This document shows positions 17,476-26,690 of a stretch of DNA of 52,221 nt, in pieces; positions within the stretch are counted from its first letter, which is position 1; every line of letters starts with the position of its first letter. This stretch comes from a virus. Lineage: Duplodnaviria; Caudoviricetes. The translations under genes were made by a program, and so were the position numbers. The notes under the pieces are model-generated. The model was not told where the DNA came from. It saw only the letters and a program-made list of their open reading frames with translations, and did not search any database. Location: IMG/VR virus record IMGVR_UViG_3300024186_000001, positions 1-52,221 of that record; one strand, given 5' to 3'.

Positions 17476-18836
17476 TGGCTTGGAATCCATACGAGTTCGG
17501 TGGCTCATCGCAGGCCGGATACGATCCCGTTAGCCAGTGGGGGATGCCTACGACGGCAATGGCGCTCTCGCAGCGCAGGCCGTTTACGCGGGACATGGGC
17601 GCTCAGGTGATGCGCGGTGCGCCAGACACTGGCCTTGGTGCTGACACCATGAGCCGATTCAATGACTTCCTGAATCCGCCGCCGACAGGTCCGTTGAACG
17701 TGCCTAATCCTTGGGACAACCAAGAGAGCGTGACTGATATGCAGCCGCCAGATTGGGCCGACCCTACGGCTGGATACGGGATGCAATTCGACCCAAGCCA
17801 GTTTGCGCACGCACAGGCGTCGCCCCAGATGCACGAGCCAATGCCCCCGCCACAGTTCGGGAGTTCACCGCATGACTTTGGTGGACCGCTGGAGCCGATG
17901 GGCGGCGCAGAGTCTCCGTTCGATTACTCGCAGAATCCTGTCATCGGTGGATTTAGCGGGAACTACGCCGCTGACCATCTTGAGGACATGAACTCTGGCG
18001 AGCCTGTTCCGCCCGTGGACTACGGCAACGGTGGCTACACTGACGTTGGCACGATGCAATTCGGCGACAGCCCTGTGATTGGCGTAGTCGAAAAGACGGC
18101 TGGCCGCGAGGAGCGCATCAAGAAGGCCGATGAAGGCTACGCGAAGCAGCAGGCAGAGGACGAGCGCGCGCAGTTGATTCACGACGCGGAAGGCTACGCT
18201 CAGAAAGCAGCCAACGCGAAGTCGAAAGAGGAAGCAGCCGCCTACGGAACAATCTCTGGGAACCTGTTGAAGCTCGCGGACAACAAGGACAATCAGGCGT
18301 TGCAGGTCGCGGCGCTGCGGGCGGAAACGGAAATGAAGAAACGCGCCTCCATTGAGAGCGAGGGCGACAAGAACCGCGATGAACGCAAGGCTCGCGCGGC
18401 AGACACTCGTAGCTGGCGCGAAGCAGACACCGCCCTTCGCAAAGAAATGGCAGAGACGCGGGATGCAACCACGCGCGCCGGGATTGCCAATCGTGCTATC
18501 TCTGACAACGGCGCGTTCGGGACTCTTGCGATTATGACAGCCCGCGCAATGGCAAGCGGTGCTTCCACGCCAGCAGAAAAGAAGAAGGCTCAGGACGAAG
18601 TTGCGATGATGGAGAAGCGCCGTAGCGAACTGATGGACGTTGCTGGAAGCGTTGCGGCTCCGGCTGCTGGTGGGCGTAAGGCCGTTATCTCTGGTGGCCC
18701 CAAGCCGCTTCCTCCCGGCGTGACGAAAGAGGCGGCGCTTGCAGATGCGCGGAAGAAGATTGCCGAAGGTAAGTCTCGCGCTGCCGTTCAAGCAGTCTTG
18801 GCCGACTACGGGTTGTCGCTCGACGGCGAGGAGTAA
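17475..18836 (+). CDS. Putative internal virion/ejection protein (453 aa)
   Basis: GGAGG RBS; acidic disordered N-half, charged coiled-coil C-half and a small helical C-terminal module. Confidence 0.7.
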   Translation: MAWNPYEFGGSSQAGYDPVSQWGMPTTAMALSQRRPFTRDMGAQVMRGAPDTGLGADTMSRFNDFLNPPPTGPLNVPNPWDNQESVTDMQPPDWADPTAGYGMQFDPSQFAHAQASPQMHEPMPPPQFGSSPHDFGGPLEPMGGAESPFDYSQNPVIGGFSGNYAADHLEDMNSGEPVPPVDYGNGGYTDVGTMQFGDSPVIGVVEKTAGREERIKKADEGYAKQQAEDERAQLIHDAEGYAQKAANAKSKEEAAAYGTISGNLLKLADNKDNQALQVAALRAETEMKKRASIESEGDKNRDERKARAADTRSWREADTALRKEMAETRDATTRAGIANRAISDNGAFGTLAIMTARAMASGASTPAEKKKAQDEVAMMEKRRSELMDVAGSVAAPAAGGRKAVISGGPKPLPPGVTKEAALADARKKIAEGKSRAAVQAVLADYGLSLDGEE

Positions 18837-18842
18837 CGCGCC

Positions 18843-21800
18843 GTGGGCACTGGCCTGTTCGACAATCTCCCCGACGACTCTCCAGCGACCGGACTCTTTG
18901 ACAGCCTAGAGCCGGAACCTGCTGGCACGGGGCTGTTCGATTCTCTCGAATCTCCCGAGGACGCTGGCCTCCGCCGCCAAGCTGCGGTGAAGGCGATGCC
19001 TTCCGTGCAGGCAGCGCACGAGCGCACAGTCGAATCGTCGCCTAGCCTCCCGCACTGGAACACGCCCAACCCGTATTGGACCCACTTCGCCGAGGGCGTC
19101 GCCGCTCAGGGCGTGGACCGCGAACTCGCTGCGCAGTATCCGACCGGCCAGCAGCCTATCGACGTTACCAAGATTCAGAACCCTGTCGGGCGCGGCATGG
19201 CGGAAGTAGGCGCTGACATCGCTGGCGCGCTTCCGGGGCCGCTCGGCTCGTCTGCGCAGAAGGTCTTTCGCACGTCGCTCGACGAACCGGGCGCGGGCCA
19301 GCGTTGGGGCAAGCCGGTCCAGTCGCTCGTCAAGGGCATCGGTGAGTTCGCCGCTGGCGCTGCCGCTGGCGGTGTCCCCGGCCTGTTTGCTACAGGCGCG
19401 CTCGAATCCTTGGGCGAGACTGGCGTGCCATTCACGGGGCAAGGCGCTGCCGAGGACACCAAGACCATCGGCAAGGCGGCGGCGATGGGCACCGTGGCGG
19501 CGTTCGTGCTCCCGGCACTCAACGCCTTTGCGCAGAAGGTTGGCGGCAAGGCGTTCGACGCTGTGGCCCCGAAGATCGCGCAGTCCCTCGCGGAGAGTCC
19601 GTCCGCTCGCAAGGTTGCGCGGGAGTTGGCGGCTGTAGGCATTGCTGACATTCCTGCAACGCTCGGGTTCCTTGAGGCTCAGGGCGTGAAGTGGCGGGAC
19701 TACTACAAATATCCGGCGGGAAGCCCTGAGCGGGACGAGTTGAACCGGCAGATTGCCTTGGCGTTCGGCGGTTCCGTGGGCGCTAGGGTCGGATTGGGGC
19801 TTGGCGAGGCGCTGACACACGCTGCGCGCTCCAAAGCCAGCAGCGAGGCAGGAAACGCGGTTCCTGAGGCTTCTGTGGAGCCTCCTATCCCAACCGAAGG
19901 AGTCGGCGCTAATGCCACTCAAGAAGTCGTCCAGCCAGCAGGCATTCCGGCAGAACGTCCGGGCGGAAATGTCAGCGGGGAAACCGCAGAAGCAGGCGGT
20001 GGCGATAGCCTACTCCCAGAAGCGGGCGGCGCAGCGGGGGCACCAGAAGAAGGGGCGGTAACTCTCGACTCCACGGTTGATTGGGGGCCGCGCACAGAGA
20101 CGGTTCGCAAGGCTATCGAGGATGCTCAGGCGGCAGGACATACGCCTGAGACGTTCGAGAGGGCTGCGCCTGCAATCGTGCGGGCGATGGGCGGCCCAGA
20201 GAATCTTGCGCGACTGTGGGACGCCGCGCAGGGCGTGATTGACGATACGCCGAAGGTCGCGGAGCAGGCCCCGGAAGTTTCACGTGAAACTATTTCTGAG
20301 CCTCCCGCGCCTGAGCCGGTTGCGCCAGAGCCCGAAGTCGTCGCTACGCACGAGCCCCAGCCGCTCGCAGAGACGGACGCGCCGGTTGTGTCCCGCCTCG
20401 CCAATCGCGCGAACGCTGCCATCGGCAAGCCCGAGAACATGCACCACGTCATCACGGACTGGCGGCAGGCAATTGAGGAAACGGCTGGCAGGGATGCATC
20501 GGAAGCCGAGAACGATGTTGTGAAGGCGCTCCAGCGGTCCATCCGTGCGGAGAACGCCAATCCCGGAGCCTCGCGTCTCGCCAAGGCGAAGCAGTGGCTC
20601 GACAACCGCTCGGAGCAGGATGTCGCTCGCAAGGCGCTGACCTTCTACATCGAAGCCTACGACGGCAACATGGACTATCTCAAGAACATGCTCGCCACCG
20701 CAGAGAACACGCGCTCTACCACGGCGCGGTCCTTCATCCAGCAGATTGCCAGCAGCGGCCCCAAGTTCATCGCTGAGAGTCGTCTTGGTCGCACGACGAA
20801 CGACGAGGCCATTGAAGCCATCAAGTACGCGATAGACAACCCGGCGAAGCTGGCAGACGCGGCGGCGAAGTATCGGGAAATCACGGGCGAGAAACTTGGC
20901 CGTCTGCGGTCGCACGGATTCAATGTTGCAGAGGCTCCGAACTTCGTGCCGCGCGAGATTGATTTCACTGAGGGGCCGCTCGCCGCCTACATCGAAGGCG
21001 CTGCCGGTGGGGATGCGTCCACGGGCGCGAAGCACCGCATGAACCGCAAGTTCTCCCGGCTGATTGATACCATCGCGGCAGAGAACAAGCCTCTCAGTAT
21101 TGACGCCATCAAGAACCTTTCCTCCTACGTTCGCGCGAGTGAAATGGGTGTCCGCACGCGCCAGTGGCAGAACAAGCTGTTTGACATCGCAGACCCCGAG
21201 ACGGGCGAAGCCATCGTAAAGGCTCCAACCTACGAGACGCGGCGCGATGAGAAGGGCTCGCAATACATCAAGCCCGAACCGGGCTACAAACTCGCGTCGT
21301 TTCCTGACGGCCAGCAAGTGTTGGTGAATGACGCATTCGCCGGGCTCATTGACACCCTCACAAAGCCGGACTCGCTGGCTAACATGCCATCGATGCGTCG
21401 CCTCATGCAGACGAACGGGACGCTCAAGAACATCATGCTTATTTTCGATACGTTCCACGGCGCGCGCGGGGCATTCATGGGGACGATGGCTCGCTTATCT
21501 GGATTGAAACTTCCAAGTCTTGCCGAACCAGTGCGAGTGAAGGCTCTTTCCAAGACCTCGTTTGGCGAGCTACGCGGCCAGTTGGAGCGTGGCGAAATCA
21601 CGCCGGAGCAGCACGGCGAAATGGTGGCCGACAAGCGCATCCTAAATATCATGCAGGAAAACGGCGTAAAGACAGGCCGCATTTCTGACGCCCTCCACAC
21701 GGAGTGGGTTCGCAAGGTACCAGTTCTAGGGTCCGTCAACAAGTTCGTGTTCGATGAGTTGTTCCCCGCCGTCATGTCTGACATTAGTTTGCTAGAGTTC

Positions 21801-22922
21801 AAGCGCCAGCGCTCGCAGTTCCCCGAACTGTCGGACGGCCAAGTGGCTCGCAAGGTTGGCCGCGAAGTGAATACGCTGTTTGGCAACCGTGGCTTGCAGG
21901 GCGTCATGCGGAACAAGACGTTTGCGAACATGATGCGCCTCATGTTCCTCGCACCCTCATGGAACGAGGGGCTCATCATGTCGGAACTTGGCGGTGCGAA
22001 AGACATCGCTGGCGCGGGCCTCGACATGGTGCGAGGTCGCAAGGTAGCGATGGGGCTACTCGGGCGCAAGATGGCGACCACGGCTGCGTCGCTGTTCGTC
22101 ATTACGCAACTCATCAATCTTGCGACGCGCAAGAAGCCGACTTGGGAGAATCCAGAGGAGACGACTGGCGCGAAGATGTCCGCATGGATTCCCGGCAAGG
22201 ACGGCACTCCCGGCTTCTTCTTCAACCCGCTCACGCTCACGGCAGAGACGTTCCACGTTCTGATGAATAGCTACGAGCGTTCGGGGAACACCTACCAGCC
22301 TGTTCTCGACTACGCGAAGTCGCGCGCGTCTGCGCTCACCAAACCACTGTGGACGCTGGCGACTGGCAACACGCCGTCTGGTCGCAAGATTCGGCCAGAG
22401 GAACGGTGGAAATCGGCAGCGGTCGCGGCCATCCCTTCACCCATCGGACTCGACGCACTCATCAACGCGGGGCGCGGCATGGAACAGTATCCGGGCGCGA
22501 ACCAGCGCCAGTTGATGCAGAGCGTCGGCATGAAGGTTGAAATGGCCCCGTCGCCGGAGCAGCGCATTGGCAGGCTCGCGCACATCTACAACGCTGCGCA
22601 CGGCAAGGAAGCACCCGGCGAGTTCTATCCGGGCAAGTTCGACCCGCTAATGACTGCGCTGCGCGAGAAGAACACGCAGGCGGCGCTCGACGAAATGAAG
22701 CGGCTGCGCGAGACGACTTCCATCAGGGACATCGCGGACCACTTCAAGGAGTGGCCGCAGCGCGCGTTCACTGGCTCGAAGCGCGACGAGACGATGTTCC
22801 TTGCGAGCCTGACGCCGGAGCAACGGCAGCAGTATTTCGAGGCGAAGCGCACGCGCATGATGCTCGCGGCTCAGGGGATTCGGATTCTGTCGGCGTCGAA
22901 CGCGATGCCTACTAGTCCTTGA
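18843..22922 (+). CDS. Large internal virion/ejection protein (1359 aa)
   Basis: GAGGAG RBS; Ala-rich and helical; largest gene, at the end of the structural block; triple GLFD(N/S)L at the N-terminus. Confidence 0.75.
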   Translation: MGTGLFDNLPDDSPATGLFDSLEPEPAGTGLFDSLESPEDAGLRRQAAVKAMPSVQAAHERTVESSPSLPHWNTPNPYWTHFAEGVAAQGVDRELAAQYPTGQQPIDVTKIQNPVGRGMAEVGADIAGALPGPLGSSAQKVFRTSLDEPGAGQRWGKPVQSLVKGIGEFAAGAAAGGVPGLFATGALESLGETGVPFTGQGAAEDTKTIGKAAAMGTVAAFVLPALNAFAQKVGGKAFDAVAPKIAQSLAESPSARKVARELAAVGIADIPATLGFLEAQGVKWRDYYKYPAGSPERDELNRQIALAFGGSVGARVGLGLGEALTHAARSKASSEAGNAVPEASVEPPIPTEGVGANATQEVVQPAGIPAERPGGNVSGETAEAGGGDSLLPEAGGAAGAPEEGAVTLDSTVDWGPRTETVRKAIEDAQAAGHTPETFERAAPAIVRAMGGPENLARLWDAAQGVIDDTPKVAEQAPEVSRETISEPPAPEPVAPEPEVVATHEPQPLAETDAPVVSRLANRANAAIGKPENMHHVITDWRQAIEETAGRDASEAENDVVKALQRSIRAENANPGASRLAKAKQWLDNRSEQDVARKALTFYIEAYDGNMDYLKNMLATAENTRSTTARSFIQQIASSGPKFIAESRLGRTTNDEAIEAIKYAIDNPAKLADAAAKYREITGEKLGRLRSHGFNVAEAPNFVPREIDFTEGPLAAYIEGAAGGDASTGAKHRMNRKFSRLIDTIAAENKPLSIDAIKNLSSYVRASEMGVRTRQWQNKLFDIADPETGEAIVKAPTYETRRDEKGSQYIKPEPGYKLASFPDGQQVLVNDAFAGLIDTLTKPDSLANMPSMRRLMQTNGTLKNIMLIFDTFHGARGAFMGTMARLSGLKLPSLAEPVRVKALSKTSFGELRGQLERGEITPEQHGEMVADKRILNIMQENGVKTGRISDALHTEWVRKVPVLGSVNKFVFDELFPAVMSDISLLEFKRQRSQFPELSDGQVARKVGREVNTLFGNRGLQGVMRNKTFANMMRLMFLAPSWNEGLIMSELGGAKDIAGAGLDMVRGRKVAMGLLGRKMATTAASLFVITQLINLATRKKPTWENPEETTGAKMSAWIPGKDGTPGFFFNPLTLTAETFHVLMNSYERSGNTYQPVLDYAKSRASALTKPLWTLATGNTPSGRKIRPEERWKSAAVAAIPSPIGLDALINAGRGMEQYPGANQRQLMQSVGMKVEMAPSPEQRIGRLAHIYNAAHGKEAPGEFYPGKFDPLMTALREKNTQAALDEMKRLRETTSIRDIADHFKEWPQRAFTGSKRDETMFLASLTPEQRQQYFEAKRTRMMLAAQGIRILSASNAMPTSP

Positions 22923-22979
22923 CTCTCGCTCGCGATTTCGGACCATGCGACATTCTCTCGCACGGAAGGGGTGATACCG

Positions 22980-23051
22980 ATGGCTGGAAAGAAATACAAA
23001 GGCCAAGGCCAGTCGCTCGTGAAGGTCGGCACCAAGGGCGATAAGAAGTGA
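22980..23051 (+). CDS. 23-aa basic micropeptide MAGKKYKGQGQSLVKVGTKGDKK
   Basis: GGAAGGGG upstream; its stop overlaps GTG 23048 (GTGA); below the ORF-track cutoff. Confidence 0.5.
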   Translation: MAGKKYKGQGQSLVKVGTKGDKK

Positions 23052-23662
23052 CTCCAACACGAATCGAGGTGGTCCAAGTGTCTCTGCAACGCTCGCGGTT
23101 CCCTTCTCTAAGCGCCCGACTCGCTCTCGGGATTCTCTTGATCGCGGGCGTTGCAGCCCTCGGCGGGTGTTCGCTGCTCGACGATCCTAAACCGAAATCC
23201 GATTTCCAGTTACGCCGCTGGGGAGTTGACGACACTGGCGCGGCGGCGCTCGCGGCTGAAATGCTTTCGCCCTCGCAATGGTCGCAGCTTACGATCATCA
23301 AGGACGAAGAGTTTGATACGTCGTCTGGCATGGAGCTTCTCAAGAAGAGCCATGTGTTCGTGACGACTCAGGCCGACGTTGCCGTGCAGGAAGTGGCGCT
23401 GACTCGCGCGATGCAGACACGGGTATTTGCCGGTGACGTGACAAAGGGAGTTGTAGCCCTAGCCGAGCTTTACGGAGCCATGCAGTCCGGTGGCGTGGGC
23501 GCTGTGATTCCAGCCGTGCAGGCAGTAATGGCTTCAATGAGCAAGCCCGACCAAGAGACGACTGGTGCGGCGCTTCAATCGCTGGTCGAAAACCCGGATT
23601 TGACAACCGCCGAAAAAGAGAAGAAGATTCGCGCATACCTCGCACTACACGGAGACCACTAA
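23048..23662 (+). CDS. Predicted lipoprotein (start may be GTG 23078)
   Basis: RLALGILLIAGVAALGG-C lipobox; GAGGTGG before 23078. Confidence 0.7.
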   Translation: MTPTRIEVVQVSLQRSRFPSLSARLALGILLIAGVAALGGCSLLDDPKPKSDFQLRRWGVDDTGAAALAAEMLSPSQWSQLTIIKDEEFDTSSGMELLKKSHVFVTTQADVAVQEVALTRAMQTRVFAGDVTKGVVALAELYGAMQSGGVGAVIPAVQAVMASMSKPDQETTGAALQSLVENPDLTTAEKEKKIRAYLALHGDH

Positions 23663-23847
23663 TGGCTGGCAAGATGCCTCACCTTCCGAAGATGTCAGCG
23701 CCCACCAAGGACGAACTGACGGCCCCTATTCCCGCCGCAGAACCGCTGCCTGACACGCCGCCCGCGCCTACAGATGCAGACCGCATTGCCCTACTCGAAC
23801 GCAAGGTCGCGTACATCGAGAAGCTCAACGGTCATGTCGAAACGTGA
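23662..23847 (+). CDS. Small Pro-rich protein with a C-terminal coiled coil
   Basis: GGAG RBS, TAATG coupling; DRIALLERKV. Confidence 0.65.
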   Translation: MAGKMPHLPKMSAPTKDELTAPIPAAEPLPDTPPAPTDADRIALLERKVAYIEKLNGHVET

Positions 23848-24029
23848 GTTTTCGAGCGCACTGGGGGACGCGGACGTGGAGTGACGAGCCGGAGGCTGCT
23901 GCGAAGCCGCCTGCCACGCTCGACGCGAAGAAGCCTGAGCCAGTAAAGCCGGACACCAAGCCAGATACACTAGGCACCAAGATCAAGCGCGCGGTGAGCG
24001 CGTTCAAAGGAACAAAGGGCACGCCATGA
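23844..24029 (+). CDS. Small K/P-rich hypothetical protein
   Basis: GTGA and ATGA overlaps at its two ends. Confidence 0.6.
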   Translation: MSFRAHWGTRTWSDEPEAAAKPPATLDAKKPEPVKPDTKPDTLGTKIKRAVSAFKGTKGTP

Positions 24030-24289
24030 ATCCAGACCTTACTTGGAAGCAGGCACTTACCCCAGCGAAAGTTTTTGCTTATCTTACTACGGTGGCAATC
24101 GGTGTTGGTGGATGGTTGCTCACTCAGCCGAAGCACGAATCGCTCGGCTGGCTCGTTCTCACACTGGCTGGCGGTGGTAACATCGGCGGCAGCATCGCGG
24201 CCCACGTCTCCGGCCTCAACAAGGGCTTTGCGCAGGGCTCAGGTGCGACACCAATTCCAGTGGACAAGCCCAATGCCCCAACACCCTGA
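24026..24289 (+). CDS. Holin-like small protein with two hydrophobic segments
   Basis: VFAYLTTVAIGVGGWLL and LGWLVLTLAGGGNIGGSIAA. Confidence 0.5.
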   Translation: MNPDLTWKQALTPAKVFAYLTTVAIGVGGWLLTQPKHESLGWLVLTLAGGGNIGGSIAAHVSGLNKGFAQGSGATPIPVDKPNAPTP

Positions 24290-24668
24290 GTCGTCCGTCG
24301 GCGAGCATTCACAGCCCTATGGCCGTGGCCCCGAATACAACACCAACATCCTAGACCTCAAGAACTCCGTCGAGGGACTGCAAAAGCAGTTCGGCGGATT
24401 CTCTACGAAGCTGGACCGGCTCTACACGCTCTTGCATGGTGACGATGCTGATGCCACTGATGGCGGATTGAAGCAGCGCGTGAACCAGATTGAGCGTACG
24501 TTCGACCCACACCTTAGCGGTAAAGTTGCTGCGATGGAGAAGGCGCTTGCCGAGCAGAAGAAGCGCACCACACAGGTCTGGCTCGTGGTGCTGCCAATGC
24601 TTCTCACCGGCGTGTTCGCCATCGCCAAGTTCGCGTTCGACGCCTACGTCAAGGGGCTGGCTCACTAG
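24273..24668 (+). CDS. Coiled-coil protein with a C-terminal TM helix (lysis-cassette type)
   Basis: Start placed at ATG 24273; LHGDD..GLKQRV..IE pattern, then VWLVVLPMLLTGVFAIA. Confidence 0.6.
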   Translation: MPQHPESSVGEHSQPYGRGPEYNTNILDLKNSVEGLQKQFGGFSTKLDRLYTLLHGDDADATDGGLKQRVNQIERTFDPHLSGKVAAMEKALAEQKKRTTQVWLVVLPMLLTGVFAIAKFAFDAYVKGLAH

Positions 24669-24909
24669 CAGGCTCCGAGGGCGCTGCACTCGCGGAAGTA
24701 AACTCGTCGAACAGCTTGTCCACGGCTGCGTTGGGCGCGTAGATGGGTTCGCCGTATCGTCTGTCATTCACCACAACCATCACGCCGTCCTTCTCCAGCA
24801 CAACGAGCGCGTGGCCTGAGCCGGTGACTGGCTTGGGCGGCTTGCTAGGCACGGCCTCGATTGTCGAGCCGTTCGCCATTACGATGCGGTCATTCGGTTT
24901 AGCGTTCAC
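24649..24909 (-). CDS. Hypothetical protein (last gene of the early arm)
   Basis: GGAGA RBS; converges with the late arm. Confidence 0.6.
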   Translation of the reverse strand: MNAKPNDRIVMANGSTIEAVPSKPPKPVTGSGHALVVLEKDGVMVVVNDRRYGEPIYAPNAAVDKLFDEFTSASAAPSEPASEPAP

Positions 24910-25175
24910 GTCTTATCTCCCTCTGCCTGCGCGCCGGGGCGGGCTTCTATTGCAAACGTCGTCTTGCGATCAATGCCATCAGTGAGGTCGCCAACATCGA
25001 CGCGATACGCTTGAAGAAACGGCGCCAACATCTGCGCTGCCTCGGCGACGGTCAGCGAGCGCGACACGCGGCCTGTGCCGTGGCAGAGCGTGCAATTTCT
25101 CCTACGACCATACTTATCGCACTCTCCGCACTTCTCCGTGACCTCGAACCTGACCTCGCGCGCGTCGTCTGTCAT
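24906..25175 (-). CDS. Small DnaJ-type Zn-finger protein
   Basis: GGGAGG RBS before ATG 25175; CGEC..CTLCHGTG. Confidence 0.65.
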   Translation of the reverse strand: MTDDAREVRFEVTEKCGECDKYGRRRNCTLCHGTGRVSRSLTVAEAAQMLAPFLQAYRVDVGDLTDGIDRKTTFAIEARPGAQAEGDKT

Positions 25176-25492
25176 AGTGGATGCCTCCCAATGGCCTTGC
25201 GCTTCTCGTTGATGAAATCGCGTTGCGATTGCGACATGATTAGCTGGCGACCGTCGAGAGCGCGCTCCAACGACTCGTCGGAACACCACTCGGGATGGCA
25301 GGCGGCGACCGCGCACTCAGACATCGAAATAAGGCTACGATTCGGGATGACGCGCCCCGGCTCCGATGCCTGCTTGCGCATCAAGTCCTTGAACGCCGTA
25401 ATAGATTCGATGGACGGCACGGTAGAATCTTCGGTGCGATGCTCGCTCGTGAACTCGGGGACCTCTCGCGCGGCTGCGTTCGCGTCACTCAT
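25172..25492 (-). CDS. Hypothetical protein
   Basis: Coupled ORF, start placed at MSDAN. Confidence 0.55.
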   Translation of the reverse strand: MSDANAAAREVPEFTSEHRTEDSTVPSIESITAFKDLMRKQASEPGRVIPNRSLISMSECAVAACHPEWCSDESLERALDGRQLIMSQSQRDFINEKRKAIGRHPL

Positions 25493-25679
25493 GGCCTTGT
25501 GCCTTTCTGCGCGCGAGTTCCGCGTCAATCTTCTCCACCGTCGCGCGCACTTTTCCGGCACCGCGTTCGCAAGTCAGGATGAACGTCTTGGTGCCGCTCA
25601 TTTCCATGTACTTCACAGCGAAGCGCAGAGAGTCGATATGCACGACCCGAATCAAGTCCCTTGGAACGGATGACTTCAT
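25485..25679 (-). CDS. Hypothetical protein
   Basis: GGAGG RBS, start placed at MKSSV. Confidence 0.55.
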   Translation of the reverse strand: MKSSVPRDLIRVVHIDSLRFAVKYMEMSGTKTFILTCERGAGKVRATVEKIDAELARRKAQGHE

Positions 25680-26209
25680 GGCGTCCCCTCCTTCGCGGCG
25701 GCGGCGCGCGAGATCGCGGCGTGCAAAATCTCTGCCGCGTGTCGGCGTCGAGCGTCGTCTAATGGGCCATTCTCGACCTTGACTTCCGGGTAGAGAGCTT
25801 CGGCAAGACATTGAATGGCAACCTCTCTCAGCACGGTGACGCTCTGCGCGCTCGCGGCGGGCGGCGAGAGCACATTGCTCCACGCATCGGGCCGTGCTTG
25901 GTCGAGCAGGCGAACGAAGTCGGCGAGTGGCACGTCTAAATCAACGCGACCCTCGAAGCATCGATTGTTTTTGCAGTCAACATTTTCATCGAAAGCGGCA
26001 CCGTTGCAGACGGGGCACGTCTGGCTCATTGTAACCGTCGCCGTCTCTCGCGTCACCATATCATCCTTCCGCTCCTGCTCGCGCTCGGAAAGCAAATCCG
26101 AAATCGCGGCCTGCATCGCCTCGCACGCGTTCCGATGGTCGAGAAAACTCTCGATGTTGGTGTCCGCGAATTCCTGATATTCAGCGATTCTCTCCGGCGC
26201 GATGGTCAT
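25676..26209 (-). CDS. Zn-finger protein (CPVC..C....C)
   Basis: Start placed at MTIAP; segment similar to 24906-25175. Confidence 0.6.
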   Translation of the reverse strand: MTIAPERIAEYQEFADTNIESFLDHRNACEAMQAAISDLLSEREQERKDDMVTRETATVTMSQTCPVCNGAAFDENVDCKNNRCFEGRVDLDVPLADFVRLLDQARPDAWSNVLSPPAASAQSVTVLREVAIQCLAEALYPEVKVENGPLDDARRRHAAEILHAAISRAAAAKEGTP

Positions 26210-26550
26210 TTGCCGCTTCCTTTCGCGCCTGTGATTTTGCTCGTGACATCGAACGAGTGCAGTATGGCCTCGGAAACCTTGTCGCATTGCGCGTTCGTGA
26301 ATCCTTGCTGGCCGATACGCATAATCGTCGAGAGTCCAACGACCATCCGAAGATAGTCGTGTTGCTCCGCCTTCCCCTCAGCGCGTGCGAGGCGTCCATA
26401 CTCGCGCACCTTTTTATTGATAGGCCCACGACAACAGAGGCCACCAACAGTAGCGGCGTAATCGAGGGTTTTGCCAAGAGCGCGCAGTGCTTTTCTTGCC
26501 GTGGCGCGCGGCGCGGGCTTGCTGGTTCGCTTCGTGGGGCGCTTGGTCAT
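26206..26550 (-). CDS. Hypothetical basic protein
   Basis: GGAGG RBS, ATGA coupling. Confidence 0.6.
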   Translation of the reverse strand: MTKRPTKRTSKPAPRATARKALRALGKTLDYAATVGGLCCRGPINKKVREYGRLARAEGKAEQHDYLRMVVGLSTIMRIGQQGFTNAQCDKVSEAILHSFDVTSKITGAKGSGK

Positions 26551-26690
26551 TTGTTCATCCTCCCGAATCCGCCGAATTGTCCACGACGCGCTTCCGCGAC
26601 TACTGCGAACACCGCCCGGAGAATGTGGAATGCGAGCCAGCCGATTGCGAAATAGACGACGTGGCCTACCGTCAATGGTTCGTGCATCAT
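26547..26690 (-). CDS. Small membrane protein
   Basis: AGGAG RBS; VVYFAIGWLAFHILRAVFAVVA. Confidence 0.55.
   Translation of the reverse strand: MMHEPLTVGHVVYFAIGWLAFHILRAVFAVVAEARRGQFGGFGRMNK

Noticed and set aside
15703-22240. Long antisense ORFs (e.g. 15703-17019, 18906-19922, 20280-21458)
   Set aside because: These are shadow frames expected from GC-rich codon bias opposite genuine genes
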